Below, one piece after another: positions 52,103 to 60,570 of a stretch of 64,000 bases of DNA. The translations under genes and the position numbers were made by a program. How positions within the stretch are numbered: position 1 is the first letter of the stretch; each line of letters begins with the position of its first letter. The stretch spans positions 288,001 to 352,000 of the forward strand of contig CAWJBB010000040.1 of assembly GCA_963840855.1 (NCBI GenBank), written 5' to 3'. Below the pieces are notes generated by a model that worked only from the letters and a program-made list of their open reading frames with translations, searched no databases and was not told the DNA's origin. Origin of the DNA: an uncultured delta proteobacterium (GTDB lineage: Bacteria > Desulfobacterota > Binatia > UBA9968).

Positions 52103-53566
52103 TCATACGCCAAACGCCAGACTCTTGATCACCACTGGAACGAATCCTTCGCCTTCGACAACTTCCCCGACGTCGATGAAGTCCAACTCGGTCAAACTCA
52201 CCTCGTCGATGCAGGGCATGTTCCATTTGGCCGAAAGCATGCCGCCCACCACTTGACCGACATTTTGCACAAAGACCAGAGCCGAAGGTTGGTCGTCCGT
52301 TGGCAGACCTGCCAACGCCCGGTCGATTCCCTTGGCCAGGTCTTGCACCGCGCCGTAGCCCACGAAGGGCGGCGTCGAAAATGCCAGAACGAAGGGCGCG
52401 TCTCTCACTTCAGGGTCGCGTTCGCCGAGAACCTTTTTGACCGCCGCTTCGGCGCGGTCCGCCACCGGAGCGTCCCAATCGACCTGGGCGACGAAGACGC
52501 GCAGATTACGAACCGGCAGGCTCATGCTTTCCGGGATAAAGATCGTCTCACCGCTCAATTGCACCGTGTATTGCGACGCGCCGATCACCGTCGCGCGGAT
52601 GCCTTCTCCGGCATCGAGTATATTGAAGCCTCGGACATCCGCTTGCTTTCTAATTTCCCGGCCGAGATAGGGCCCCAGATCCCCGAAGCCCTGGGTTTCG
52701 CGCCCGTAGATATATTCAGACACTCCGCCGGAAAAGAGAATACCGTCGATCTTGGGCAATTCACCAAGCGGCGAGCTAATGTAAAACTCATCCCAGGGTT
52801 GCTTTCCTTCCGCCACCGCGTCGAACAGAACATGCGCCATCCGCGCCGCAAGCCGCTGGCGCAAGTCATCCGAGATTTTCGCGCCATAATCGATATTTTG
52901 CCCGAGTGCCGCCAAAAATCGCCGCCCGCCCTTCTCCAAACGAATGACCGATTCGGCGCCATCATAGGCCACCAGACGCGCGCCGATGTTGACCGCCGTA
53001 GTGGCGCGAATCCTGCCTTCCACGATGACGCTGATCTTCGTCGTCCCACCGCCAACATCGATGTTCAGCAACGTCAAACCCTGCTCGCGGCTGGTGAGCA
53101 CCGCGCCGGAGCCATGCGCGGCCATGATAGTTTCCAAGGTCGGTCCCGCCGTGGCGCAAACAAACTTCCCGGTATCATCGGCGAATAACTCGGCGATCTT
53201 ACCCGCGTTGTCTCTGCGCGCCGCCTCGCCGGTGATGATCACGGCGCCGGTGTCGATGTGGTTTCGCGTCAGCCCCGCTTCCTTAAACGTATCGTCTATC
53301 AGTTCTCTCAGTGGTTCGGCTTCGATGTTCCAATCGCCGCTGAACGGCGTCAACAATATCGGCGAGCGCGCGATGACGTTCCGTTCGACGACGATGGGCT
53401 TGCGCTGGAGCAGCGACGGATAGCCGATCAGAAGCCGCGAAAACATTAGATGGGACGTCGAAGAGCCGATATCAATGCCGACGCTGGTGAGATGCGTGTG
53501 TGGACCGACCAGCCCTTCGTGGTCGTGACCATGATTACCGTGGCCGTGATGTTGATGGCTAAGCAT
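52103..53566 (-). CDS. EutA-like reactivating-factor ATPase (actin-like fold) with His-rich N-terminus
   Basis: SVGIDIGSSTS, GAVIITGE, FVCATAGP.LE...A..GSGA, NIDVGGGTT, FSGGV, IRATVIGA, VPVVIKSL.F. Confidence 0.87.
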   Translation of the reverse strand: MLSHQHHGHGNHGHDHEGLVGPHTHLTSVGIDIGSSTSHLMFSRLLIGYPSLLQRKPIVVERNVIARSPILLTPFSGDWNIEAEPLRELIDDTFKEAGLTRNHIDTGAVIITGEAARRDNAGKIAELFADDTGKFVCATAGPTLETIMAAHGSGAVLTSREQGLTLLNIDVGGGTTKISVIVEGRIRATTAVNIGARLVAYDGAESVIRLEKGGRRFLAALGQNIDYGAKISDDLRQRLAARMAHVLFDAVAEGKQPWDEFYISSPLGELPKIDGILFSGGVSEYIYGRETQGFGDLGPYLGREIRKQADVRGFNILDAGEGIRATVIGASQYTVQLSGETIFIPESMSLPVRNLRVFVAQVDWDAPVADRAEAAVKKVLGERDPEVRDAPFVLAFSTPPFVGYGAVQDLAKGIDRALAGLPTDDQPSALVFVQNVGQVVGGMLSAKWNMPCIDEVSLTELDFIDVGEVVEGEGFVPVVIKSLAFGV

Positions 53567-53585
53567 AGCAAGAAGATCGTTTTAA

Positions 53586-53645
53586 CGGAGTGTCGGAGTA
53601 TTGGCGTGTTGCGGTTGGAGAAAATGCATCACTCCACGACTCCAT
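53586..53645. repeat. Inverted octamer repeat (GGAGTRTY)n...(ACTCCA)n
   Basis: ggagtgtc ggagtatt ggcgtgtt ... cactccac gactccat. Confidence 0.65.
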
Positions 53646-53670
53646 TTTTCTTTCTTCGTTCCGCTCATCG

Positions 53671-54606
53671 CTACTTGAGACTTCTTAGGAGTGAAAAATC
53701 GAACATCTCGCCCACCGTCAGGCGCTTGGAAATCTCGCCGCGCGCGTGGGCAGTGTCGAGATATTTTTGAATTGGCTCATCGCGCAGCAACAGCCCATCC
53801 ACCATCACGCCGTGGATATCCTCGTAGGACTCCAATGCGTTGGCGGCGCTGACGTTGAAACCCTTCTCGATATACGCCACCACCGCGGCCTTGTCGCGGC
53901 GAATCGCCGCCGTGACATCGCGCATGGAACGCAGCATGTTTCTAACCTGCTCGGTTTGTTTCTCAATCTTGTGGCGGTTGGCGACCAAGCCAAGCCAGGG
54001 CGCTTCGGCGAGGGAACGGCTACGCGCCAAAATCTTGTAGCCTTTCTCGGCCATAATGCCGGTAAAGGGCGGGCTCAATACCGCCGCATTCACCGAGCCT
54101 TGTTGTATCGCCGTCAAGCTCACCGACGTGCTGCCGGTTTGTATGAACGTAACCTTCTTGGGGTCCGCTCCGCCGTATTCGAGCATTTGTGAGCCGTAGC
54201 GGTGGCTCTCCGAACCGATGCGTGACACCGCCACCTTTTTGCCCTCCAGCTCTTTCACGTTGGCAAGGCTGGCCGGACCGACCAGAGAAAACAGCGGAGC
54301 GCGATAGAGGATCGCCAGCCCTTTGAGTGGCAAACCACCGGCAATGGCATTGGCAGCAGGCCCAGCTGACGGCGTGAAGTCGATCTCTCCCGACGCCAGG
54401 CCGGCCAATTGCAAATCGCTGCGCATCTGGATCAGCTCGACATCGAGCCCATATTTATCGTAAATCTTCGTATCCTTGGCATAATAGAACGGCAGAAAAA
54501 CGACGTTGCGCACGGAAAGCGCCACGCGCACCCGCTCCAGCGCCAACCCGGAACCGTGATACAAAACCGTAGCTGCAATGAAGAAAATTACCGTTATGAA
54601 CCGCAA
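53671..54606 (-). CDS. ABC substrate-binding protein, NMT1/SsuA type
   Basis: Signal peptide after TTG 54606, GLDVELI, L.GKKVAVS..GS, A...G.V.A; no permease adjacent. Confidence 0.85.
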   Translation of the reverse strand: MRFITVIFFIAATVLYHGSGLALERVRVALSVRNVVFLPFYYAKDTKIYDKYGLDVELIQMRSDLQLAGLASGEIDFTPSAGPAANAIAGGLPLKGLAILYRAPLFSLVGPASLANVKELEGKKVAVSRIGSESHRYGSQMLEYGGADPKKVTFIQTGSTSVSLTAIQQGSVNAAVLSPPFTGIMAEKGYKILARSRSLAEAPWLGLVANRHKIEKQTEQVRNMLRSMRDVTAAIRRDKAAVVAYIEKGFNVSAANALESYEDIHGVMVDGLLLRDEPIQKYLDTAHARGEISKRLTVGEMFDFSLLRSLK

Positions 54607-54732
54607 ATAAACGTTCCCACTCCGATAACTTAAATTGACCAAATCACTTTCCCTATCGCTAAATTCGAATGTCACTGAATTCGGTTTACAGGTGCACATC
54701 CATACGCCGGAAACGCCGCAGCTGAATACCAA

Positions 54733-54797
54733 CCCGTTCAATTCGCTCTCTTGTCCGACGGCTTGAACAATTTGAACGTTTTGAACGACTTGAACCT
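54733..54797. repeat. 9-mer repeat (TTGAACRNY)x4 with short inverted arm
   Basis: ttgaacaat ttgaacgtt ttgaacgac ttgaac. Confidence 0.75.
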
Positions 54798-54815
54798 CGG
54801 GTCGCCGAAAGATTC

Positions 54816-55589
54816 TCAATGGCTCGCTTCTTCCAGCGCGGCGCGCAGCATGACGCCGTGAAGATCCACGGATGTCATCGCGCAATATTCCAATCCATAG
54901 GTTGGCCGCTCATCGGCCATGCCGGTTTCCAACAGCCGCTGCAACGCCAAGCGATTGAAACTGGCGTGGCCCATGACGCCTTCTTCATGCTCCTGCAAGT
55001 CCGCTTCGATATGGGTCGCGAAGTAGGTCGCCTTTTCGCGGTCGAAGCCATAATGGCTCGTGAGCGCTTTGTAGCAAGCCGCCGACCAGTGGCCGATCTG
55101 CTCCTCCGTCGTTACCGCCGCATACCACTCCGCGGCCGTCCCCTCGTAGACGATGCTGCGCATAAAATCGATTTTGGCGCGAAACTCGGACACCATCGGA
55201 GTCGTAAACACTTCTTCCTCCGTAAGCCCGAAGGCCTTCGCCGTCTGGATCATAACTAAGAAATGGCCCGGCGGCTTGGGGTGTATGAACTCATCGGCGA
55301 TCTTCTCACCTATGGGCCCCATCAGGTCTCGGTTCACTTTCAAGAACGTGATGTTCTTGTGATAGGTGCAAGCCGTCAGGGTGTTGATCTCGATGGTATA
55401 GGCGCCCCAATTTCTAAAAAACGTTTGCAGCACGTTCCACGGCAGCTTACCCGCCATCAACTGCTGCATGAACGGTCTTTGATTCACGTTTTCTTCCCAG
55501 CGTTCGCGCACTTTGGCGTAAAGTCCGTCGACGATGGCCTTGGCCTCGACGGGTGAGTATTTATTCCCCAACTGAATTTTGAGCGCCAT
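54816..55589 (-). CDS. Heme-oxygenase-like diiron protein #3 (PqqC/CADD-like)
   Basis: PF...L.AGKL, IADE...GH, EE, YF..HIEAD...H. Confidence 0.78.
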   Translation of the reverse strand: MALKIQLGNKYSPVEAKAIVDGLYAKVRERWEENVNQRPFMQQLMAGKLPWNVLQTFFRNWGAYTIEINTLTACTYHKNITFLKVNRDLMGPIGEKIADEFIHPKPPGHFLVMIQTAKAFGLTEEEVFTTPMVSEFRAKIDFMRSIVYEGTAAEWYAAVTTEEQIGHWSAACYKALTSHYGFDREKATYFATHIEADLQEHEEGVMGHASFNRLALQRLLETGMADERPTYGLEYCAMTSVDLHGVMLRAALEEASH

Positions 55590-55609
55590 AAGAAACCTCT
55601 ATTCGACGT

Positions 55610-56713
55610 TCAAAACCGCTCCGGTGAAAATCCTTCCGCTTTGTTTCCCGGCCCGGCAAGCAAGAGCTCAGCCGCCAGGCGCCCCACCGCCGCGCTGGTC
55701 GTCATGCCGTGGCCGCCGAGACCGGCGATCCAGAAAAACCCCTCTACATCGGCGTCCCAGCCGATCACGAAGCGGCCGTCGGGAGTCAGCGTGCGAAAAC
55801 CGGCCCAGCCGCGGCTGATCGAAACCTCGGACAGTGCCGGTATGTAATTGTGAATTTTTTCGGCCAGCAGCTCTTGTACGTCGCCGTTCACGGGCGGGTC
55901 ACCGGGCGGCAACTCCTCCTGGTCGCAAGCACAAAGCAGCAAGCCGTCACCCTCGGGGCGAAAGTAAATATCATGGGTCACGTCCCAAATAAACGGCCAC
56001 CCTTTGTCTACCCACGGGAGCGGCCCGGAAACGAAAAGATGGCGCCGGCATGGGCGCAGCGGCATGCGTGCCGCGCCGGCCATCTCAGCCACGGAATTGG
56101 CCCACGCGCCCGACGCATTAACCACGATGCGCGCTTGCAACGCACCCTTTTCCGTCACGACTTCGAACATCGCGCCGCGCCGCTCCACGGCGCGCACGCC
56201 GGCGCCGTATCTGAGCTTCGCTCCATTGGCAGCGGCAGCCTTAAGGTAGCCGGACAGCAAAGCATGGATGTCAATGATGCCGTCGGTGCCGCACCAGGCG
56301 GCGCCGTCGAACTCCGCCTCGCGCAAGACCGGCACATGGCGCTTCGCTTGCTCCGGAGTCCAAAGTTCCATTTCGATGCCGACACTGAGTCCGACCCTGG
56401 CGTCCTGTTGCAGCTTGTCCCATCCTTTGCCGCTACCGAGCAAAAGCGAGCCGTTTTGCTTAAAGTCGATCGGTTCCGGCCAATCATCGGGAGGATTGCG
56501 GATAAAATTCGCGCCCTCCCGCGTCAGGGTGTCAAGCGATAAATCCGGCACGCACTGGCGCACCATCGCCGCATTGCGCCCTGAGGAATGAAAGCCTGGA
56601 ATCGCTTCTTGCTCCAGCAGCAAGATGTTGGCGATGCCGCGCCGGCTCAAGTGATAAGCCGTGGCAGCACCGGCAAAACCCGCGCCAATAATTACATATT
56701 CAAATGAGTCCAT
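55610..56713 (-). CDS. FAD-dependent oxidoreductase, DAO/sarcosine-oxidase-beta family
   Basis: IIGAGFAG, SGRNAA, VNASGAW, WAGFR..TPD...VIG, GLGGHG. Confidence 0.9.
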   Translation of the reverse strand: MDSFEYVIIGAGFAGAATAYHLSRRGIANILLLEQEAIPGFHSSGRNAAMVRQCVPDLSLDTLTREGANFIRNPPDDWPEPIDFKQNGSLLLGSGKGWDKLQQDARVGLSVGIEMELWTPEQAKRHVPVLREAEFDGAAWCGTDGIIDIHALLSGYLKAAAANGAKLRYGAGVRAVERRGAMFEVVTEKGALQARIVVNASGAWANSVAEMAGAARMPLRPCRRHLFVSGPLPWVDKGWPFIWDVTHDIYFRPEGDGLLLCACDQEELPPGDPPVNGDVQELLAEKIHNYIPALSEVSISRGWAGFRTLTPDGRFVIGWDADVEGFFWIAGLGGHGMTTSAAVGRLAAELLLAGPGNKAEGFSPERF

Positions 56714-56790
56714 CGTTCCAATGCCATTTAATTTATACGACAATTCATAACCTATTGCGGCGGTTTCAGCCACACCCTCGGCGGGGTAGG

Positions 56791-56884
56791 GGTTCCAGTC
56801 GTTCAAGCCGTTCAAATCGTTCAAACCGTCGGAGAATTTGGGCGACGTCTTGAACAACTTGAACGATTTGAACTTTTTGAACGC
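56791..56884. repeat. Inverted 9-mer repeat (CGTTCAARN)x4...(TTGAACNNY)x4
   Basis: Both arms clearly visible between divergent genes. Confidence 0.85.
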
Positions 56885-56899
56885 ACCATTATTTAGGGT

Positions 56900-56927
56900 T
56901 TGCAAGACCGTCAAACTGCGATATAGT
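56900..56927 (+). promoter_or_regulatory. Promoter 9 nt before the VWA-gene ATG
   Basis: TTGCAA-N16-TATAGT. Confidence 0.5.
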
Positions 56928-56936
56928 TCATTTGCC

Positions 56937-58760
56937 ATGAGAATCCATCGCTATACCCAATGGGATGGCACCCAAGAGGTCCTCTTCCCCACCTCCGCTG
57001 ATCTGCTCAAACACCTCTCGGACAATCTCCTCGAAGAAGAAGGCGTGCGCCGCGCTTTGCGCAATTTGATGCGCCGCGGCTTTACTTCCGAAGACGGAGA
57101 GCGCTCGGTGAAGGGTATGCGCGACTTTCTGCGCCAGGCGGAGGAGAAGCGTCGCGAGCTGCTCAACAAATATTCTCCCGACTCCTTCAAGCTCACGCCG
57201 GAAGAACAACAAGCTCTCAGCGACAAGCTGAATAGCCTGTCGGAAAAACTTGAGGCGTATAACGAGCAGATGCGCAACTTCATGGAGCGCATGTCGGGAA
57301 AGTACGCCGATCAGATGGACGAGATGGGGCGGCGCATGCAGCAAGCGCACCAGCGTTACCAGGAACTGATGCAGCGGTTGCAAAACCAGATCGCCGAGCG
57401 CGGCATGCAGCGCAAACAAAACCTGACGGGACAGAGCCCGCAGGATTTGATGAACATGCTCGACCGCATGAATCAGCTGCTGCAAGACGAAAACTTTCTC
57501 AAGAACCTGCCTAACATGCTGGACGCGGCGGTGGACGATCTCGACGCGATGATGGAGAGCCTGAGCTCCATGACCGACGAGCAGCTCCAACAGATGAGCG
57601 AAATGATGAGCCAGATGCAGCAGCTCGAGCAGTTGCTCAACCAGTACCCGTTTCAGGGCTCGCAACGCATGGGTATGGGCGAAGCCGGCCAGCTGCTTGG
57701 GCAAATGCGCGGCTTGGAGCGCTTTCTGCGATGGGGCCAACGCGGCATGGGCGATCCCTCCGAGCTCGATCTCGACGAGATTCGCCAGCTCCTGGGCGAG
57801 GAAGCCTACGAGCACTTAAAATACTTGCAAAACGTCGAGCAGATGCTCGAAGAGGACGGCTACATCGTCCGCACCAACCACGGCCTCAAGCTCACTCCCA
57901 AGGGGATGCGCAAGATCGGCGACAAGGCGCTCAGAGAAATTTTTCAGATGCTCAACAAAAGCCGATGGGGCAACCACTCGACCTCTCTGCGCGGCTCCCA
58001 GGGCGACCGCATGGAAGAGACCAAAAAATATGAATACGGCGATCCCCTGAACGTCAATATCAGCGAGACGCTGTTGAACGCCTTGGAACGGCGCAAGAAG
58101 GGTGAACCGCTCCGAATTAGCCCCGAAGATTTCGCCGTACACCGGGTCGAGTATTCCACCATGAGCGAGACCGCCCTATTGATCGACGTAAGCTATTCGA
58201 TGCTCATGAACGATGCCCTGCACGCCGGCAAAAAGGTCGCGCTGGCGCTGCACCGGCTCATCGAAACCAAGTACCCGCATGACACGCTGCACCTCGTCGC
58301 CTTTCGCTCCAACGCCAAGCTGATACAGGCCGAAGACCTGCCCTCCATCGTATCGCTGACCTATTTTATGGAGCATGGCACGGACATTAAGGAAGCCTTG
58401 CGCTTCGCGCGCCAGTTGCTCGGACCGAATCGAAGCTCCAACCGGCAGATTATTTTGATCACTGACGGCGAGCCGACGGCGGCGACCCTGGACCGCGGCG
58501 GGCGCTTGCACAGTGGCTGGGGCTCGGCGCTGCTGCACAGCCGCATCGTTCACGAAACCTTGAAGGAAGTGAAGCGTTGCACCCAGAGCGGCATCAAGAT
58601 CAACACCTTCATGCTGGGCGGCGATTATTACCGCCAGGGGTTCGTCGACCAGCTTTCCCGGCTCAACACGGGCCGAGTCTTCTACACCTCGCCCGACCAG
58701 ATGGGAAACTACATCATGGTCGACTACATCGCCAATAAGCGCAAACGCATCGGACGCTGA
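56937..58760 (+). CDS. VWA-domain protein with Met/Gln-rich coiled coil
   Basis: MIDAS DVSYSM, GT, LITDGEPT; N-terminal RY..WDG.Q. Confidence 0.88.
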   Translation: MRIHRYTQWDGTQEVLFPTSADLLKHLSDNLLEEEGVRRALRNLMRRGFTSEDGERSVKGMRDFLRQAEEKRRELLNKYSPDSFKLTPEEQQALSDKLNSLSEKLEAYNEQMRNFMERMSGKYADQMDEMGRRMQQAHQRYQELMQRLQNQIAERGMQRKQNLTGQSPQDLMNMLDRMNQLLQDENFLKNLPNMLDAAVDDLDAMMESLSSMTDEQLQQMSEMMSQMQQLEQLLNQYPFQGSQRMGMGEAGQLLGQMRGLERFLRWGQRGMGDPSELDLDEIRQLLGEEAYEHLKYLQNVEQMLEEDGYIVRTNHGLKLTPKGMRKIGDKALREIFQMLNKSRWGNHSTSLRGSQGDRMEETKKYEYGDPLNVNISETLLNALERRKKGEPLRISPEDFAVHRVEYSTMSETALLIDVSYSMLMNDALHAGKKVALALHRLIETKYPHDTLHLVAFRSNAKLIQAEDLPSIVSLTYFMEHGTDIKEALRFARQLLGPNRSSNRQIILITDGEPTAATLDRGGRLHSGWGSALLHSRIVHETLKEVKRCTQSGIKINTFMLGGDYYRQGFVDQLSRLNTGRVFYTSPDQMGNYIMVDYIANKRKRIGR

Positions 58761-58785
58761 CCTAACACCACCACCGCACCGCCAT

Positions 58786-58871
58786 TTTAGATTTTCGATT
58801 GCCGATTTTGGATTGGTAAACCACATCCGTACCGGGTAGTTTCGTACTCTCTTTCTGCCAATCTAAAATCC
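58786..58871. repeat. Inverted heptamer repeat (GATTTTN)n...(AATCTAA)
   Basis: tttagattttcgattgccgattttggattgg ... ccaatctaaaatcc. Confidence 0.7.
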
Positions 58872-58881
58872 ACAGAAAATC

Positions 58882-60072
58882 CTAAGAGGTGATGAGCGCG
58901 AGCACACCGGTGTAAGCGAAAAGATGATTGGACCGGCCCAGCGGCGCCAGCTCGTAGCCACCGAACATGCCGATCAGCGGAAAGTCGCCGAGTATCTGGC
59001 GGATATAAGCCGTGTCGATTCCTGCCATGCCGTAAAGCGACGCGCCGCGCGCGCAGCAGTTGAAATAAAACCCGAACGCCGGCTTTTCCCCGGCCAAGCG
59101 CTCAGCCTGACGCTGGAGCATCTGGTTCAAGTCCTCCCGCGCCCGCTGGCCGTCGCGCAGCGCGAAGATCAGCGCCTGCCCTTCGTGCACTTCGTCGGCG
59201 ACGCCGAGTATTCCTTTACCTGGATCGAGGCCGACGATGTTGCGGATCACGTATTGTCCCGGCGCCACGCTATTTTGACTCTTATCCGCCGGCAGTCCCA
59301 CAAACAGCACCATCAGCGCGCGTCTTAGATCCTCCGCAAGGGGTCCTTTTAATAAACGCGCGAACACCTCCAGCGCGGGGCGATGGTCGATCTCGTAAAT
59401 CAGGTTACCCTCCGCCTTGGTGATTTTCATCGGCTCGGTGATCGGCTGGCACCCCTGCGTAATATCGATATGCGTTTGAAACGCGCCCGCGAGCCCCATG
59501 CCGGCCACGGCATTGGTCGTCACAGTGCCGCCACAAAGTTGGTAGGTGGTCCGCGCCATGCCGCTTTCCGATGCTCCCGCGCCGATCACCGGCAGAAACC
59601 CGGCATGGCTTTCAATACTTCCAAGCAGCCGCTGCGGATGGCCGTTATAGGTATCAGGGAGCAAGACGAGTAGACAATCTTCAGCCGCAGACCCGCCTGT
59701 CTGCCGCGCGATTTCGTCGCCGGCGATTTCATCCCGTTCCCGGAGCGGTTGAAACAGAAATGGCTGGCTGTGAATCTGATCCGACTGGTAAACCAAAACG
59801 GCCACGCCGTGGCTGCCTTCCACTTCACCGGCGGCGGTTAGCACACCCGCCGCGCTACAGCCCGTGATTTTTTCGGCGCCGGTGGCCGCGCTGAGGGACT
59901 CTGCCAATTCGTTCGACCGGCCCGCGTGCTCAGCGGTGAAAAACGCCACAGCGGTATCGGCGCGCGAAATGCCCGCTTCGGCGAGAGCCTGAGCGCCAGC
60001 TTCCGCCACGGCGTCTTTAGTCGAAGTTCGCGAAGATTGGCCCGCACCCGCGCGTATCATGATAACCGGCAC
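58882..60072 (-). CDS. FIST-domain protein
   Basis: GCSAAG, QGCQPI, IYEID.RPA, CCARG, GMF..YE.AP...YT. Confidence 0.88.
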   Translation of the reverse strand: MPVIMIRAGAGQSSRTSTKDAVAEAGAQALAEAGISRADTAVAFFTAEHAGRSNELAESLSAATGAEKITGCSAAGVLTAAGEVEGSHGVAVLVYQSDQIHSQPFLFQPLRERDEIAGDEIARQTGGSAAEDCLLVLLPDTYNGHPQRLLGSIESHAGFLPVIGAGASESGMARTTYQLCGGTVTTNAVAGMGLAGAFQTHIDITQGCQPITEPMKITKAEGNLIYEIDHRPALEVFARLLKGPLAEDLRRALMVLFVGLPADKSQNSVAPGQYVIRNIVGLDPGKGILGVADEVHEGQALIFALRDGQRAREDLNQMLQRQAERLAGEKPAFGFYFNCCARGASLYGMAGIDTAYIRQILGDFPLIGMFGGYELAPLGRSNHLFAYTGVLALITS

Positions 60073-60112
60073 TATAGGAGAGTGACGAAGGAATGGTCAA
60101 GCGAAATGGGTT

Positions 60113-60185
60113 CCCCTCCTCCCCGCGACGCGGGGCGGATAAAGGAGGGGATTGAACGGTTTGAACGATTGGAACGTTTTGAACG
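60113..60185. repeat. Nested CCCCTCCT/AGGAGGGG palindrome followed by 9-mer (TTGAACG) repeat
   Basis: cccctcct ccccgcg a cgcgggg ... aggagggg, then ttgaacggt ttgaacgat tggaacgtt ttgaacgg. Confidence 0.75.
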
Positions 60186-60202
60186 GGAGCGCAGCGACTG
60201 AG

Positions 60203-60412
60203 TTATAACACTTTAAACCCGGCCTTTAACACGGCGCGCAAAAAATCATCGATGTGGGACTGGCTTGGATCGAATTCGAGCACGGCGACGCTGCGCTCAA
60301 CGCTGAATTCGACGCCTTCCACACCGGGCAGAGCTGAAAGGGCTTCCTTCAGGACCGGCAGGTCTTCGGATTTTAGATCCGCAACGGATATAATCGCGGT
60401 TTTGGTTGCCAT
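60203..60412 (-). CDS. HMA/ferredoxin-like small domain lacking CxxC
   Basis: AL.ALPGVE.V...V....A.LEFDP...AV.KAGF pattern. Confidence 0.7.
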   Translation of the reverse strand: MATKTAIISVADLKSEDLPVLKEALSALPGVEGVEFSVERSVAVLEFDPSQSHIDDFLRAVLKAGFKVL

Positions 60413-60570
60413 ACGAGTGATCACTTCACTGTGACAAATGTGTCTCGCGAAGGCAATTGATCTATGGCCGGCGATTCGGCAAAAAGCGGCTTGACGAAAA
60501 AAGCCCAGCCGTCATATGGTGGTCAAAGGGCTGAGGACAATAATAAAATCCTAAACGGGAGAGGTGTTCT

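Noticed and set aside
51896-53188. 430 aa plus-strand ORF
   Set aside because: Antisense shadow of the EutA-like gene with no motifs.
54607-54885. N-terminal extension of the NMT1 protein (VQVVQNVQIVQAV)
   Set aside because: Translation of the intergenic 9-mer repeat; the signal peptide starts at 54606.
56791-56884. CRISPR array
   Set aside because: Units are 9 bp and contiguous, without unique spacers, and there are no cas genes. The same applies to the other short repeats.
56714-56938. N-terminal extensions of the DAO and VWA ORFs (LNDLNGLND, FKKFKSFK)
   Set aside because: Read-through of the inverted 9-mer repeat.
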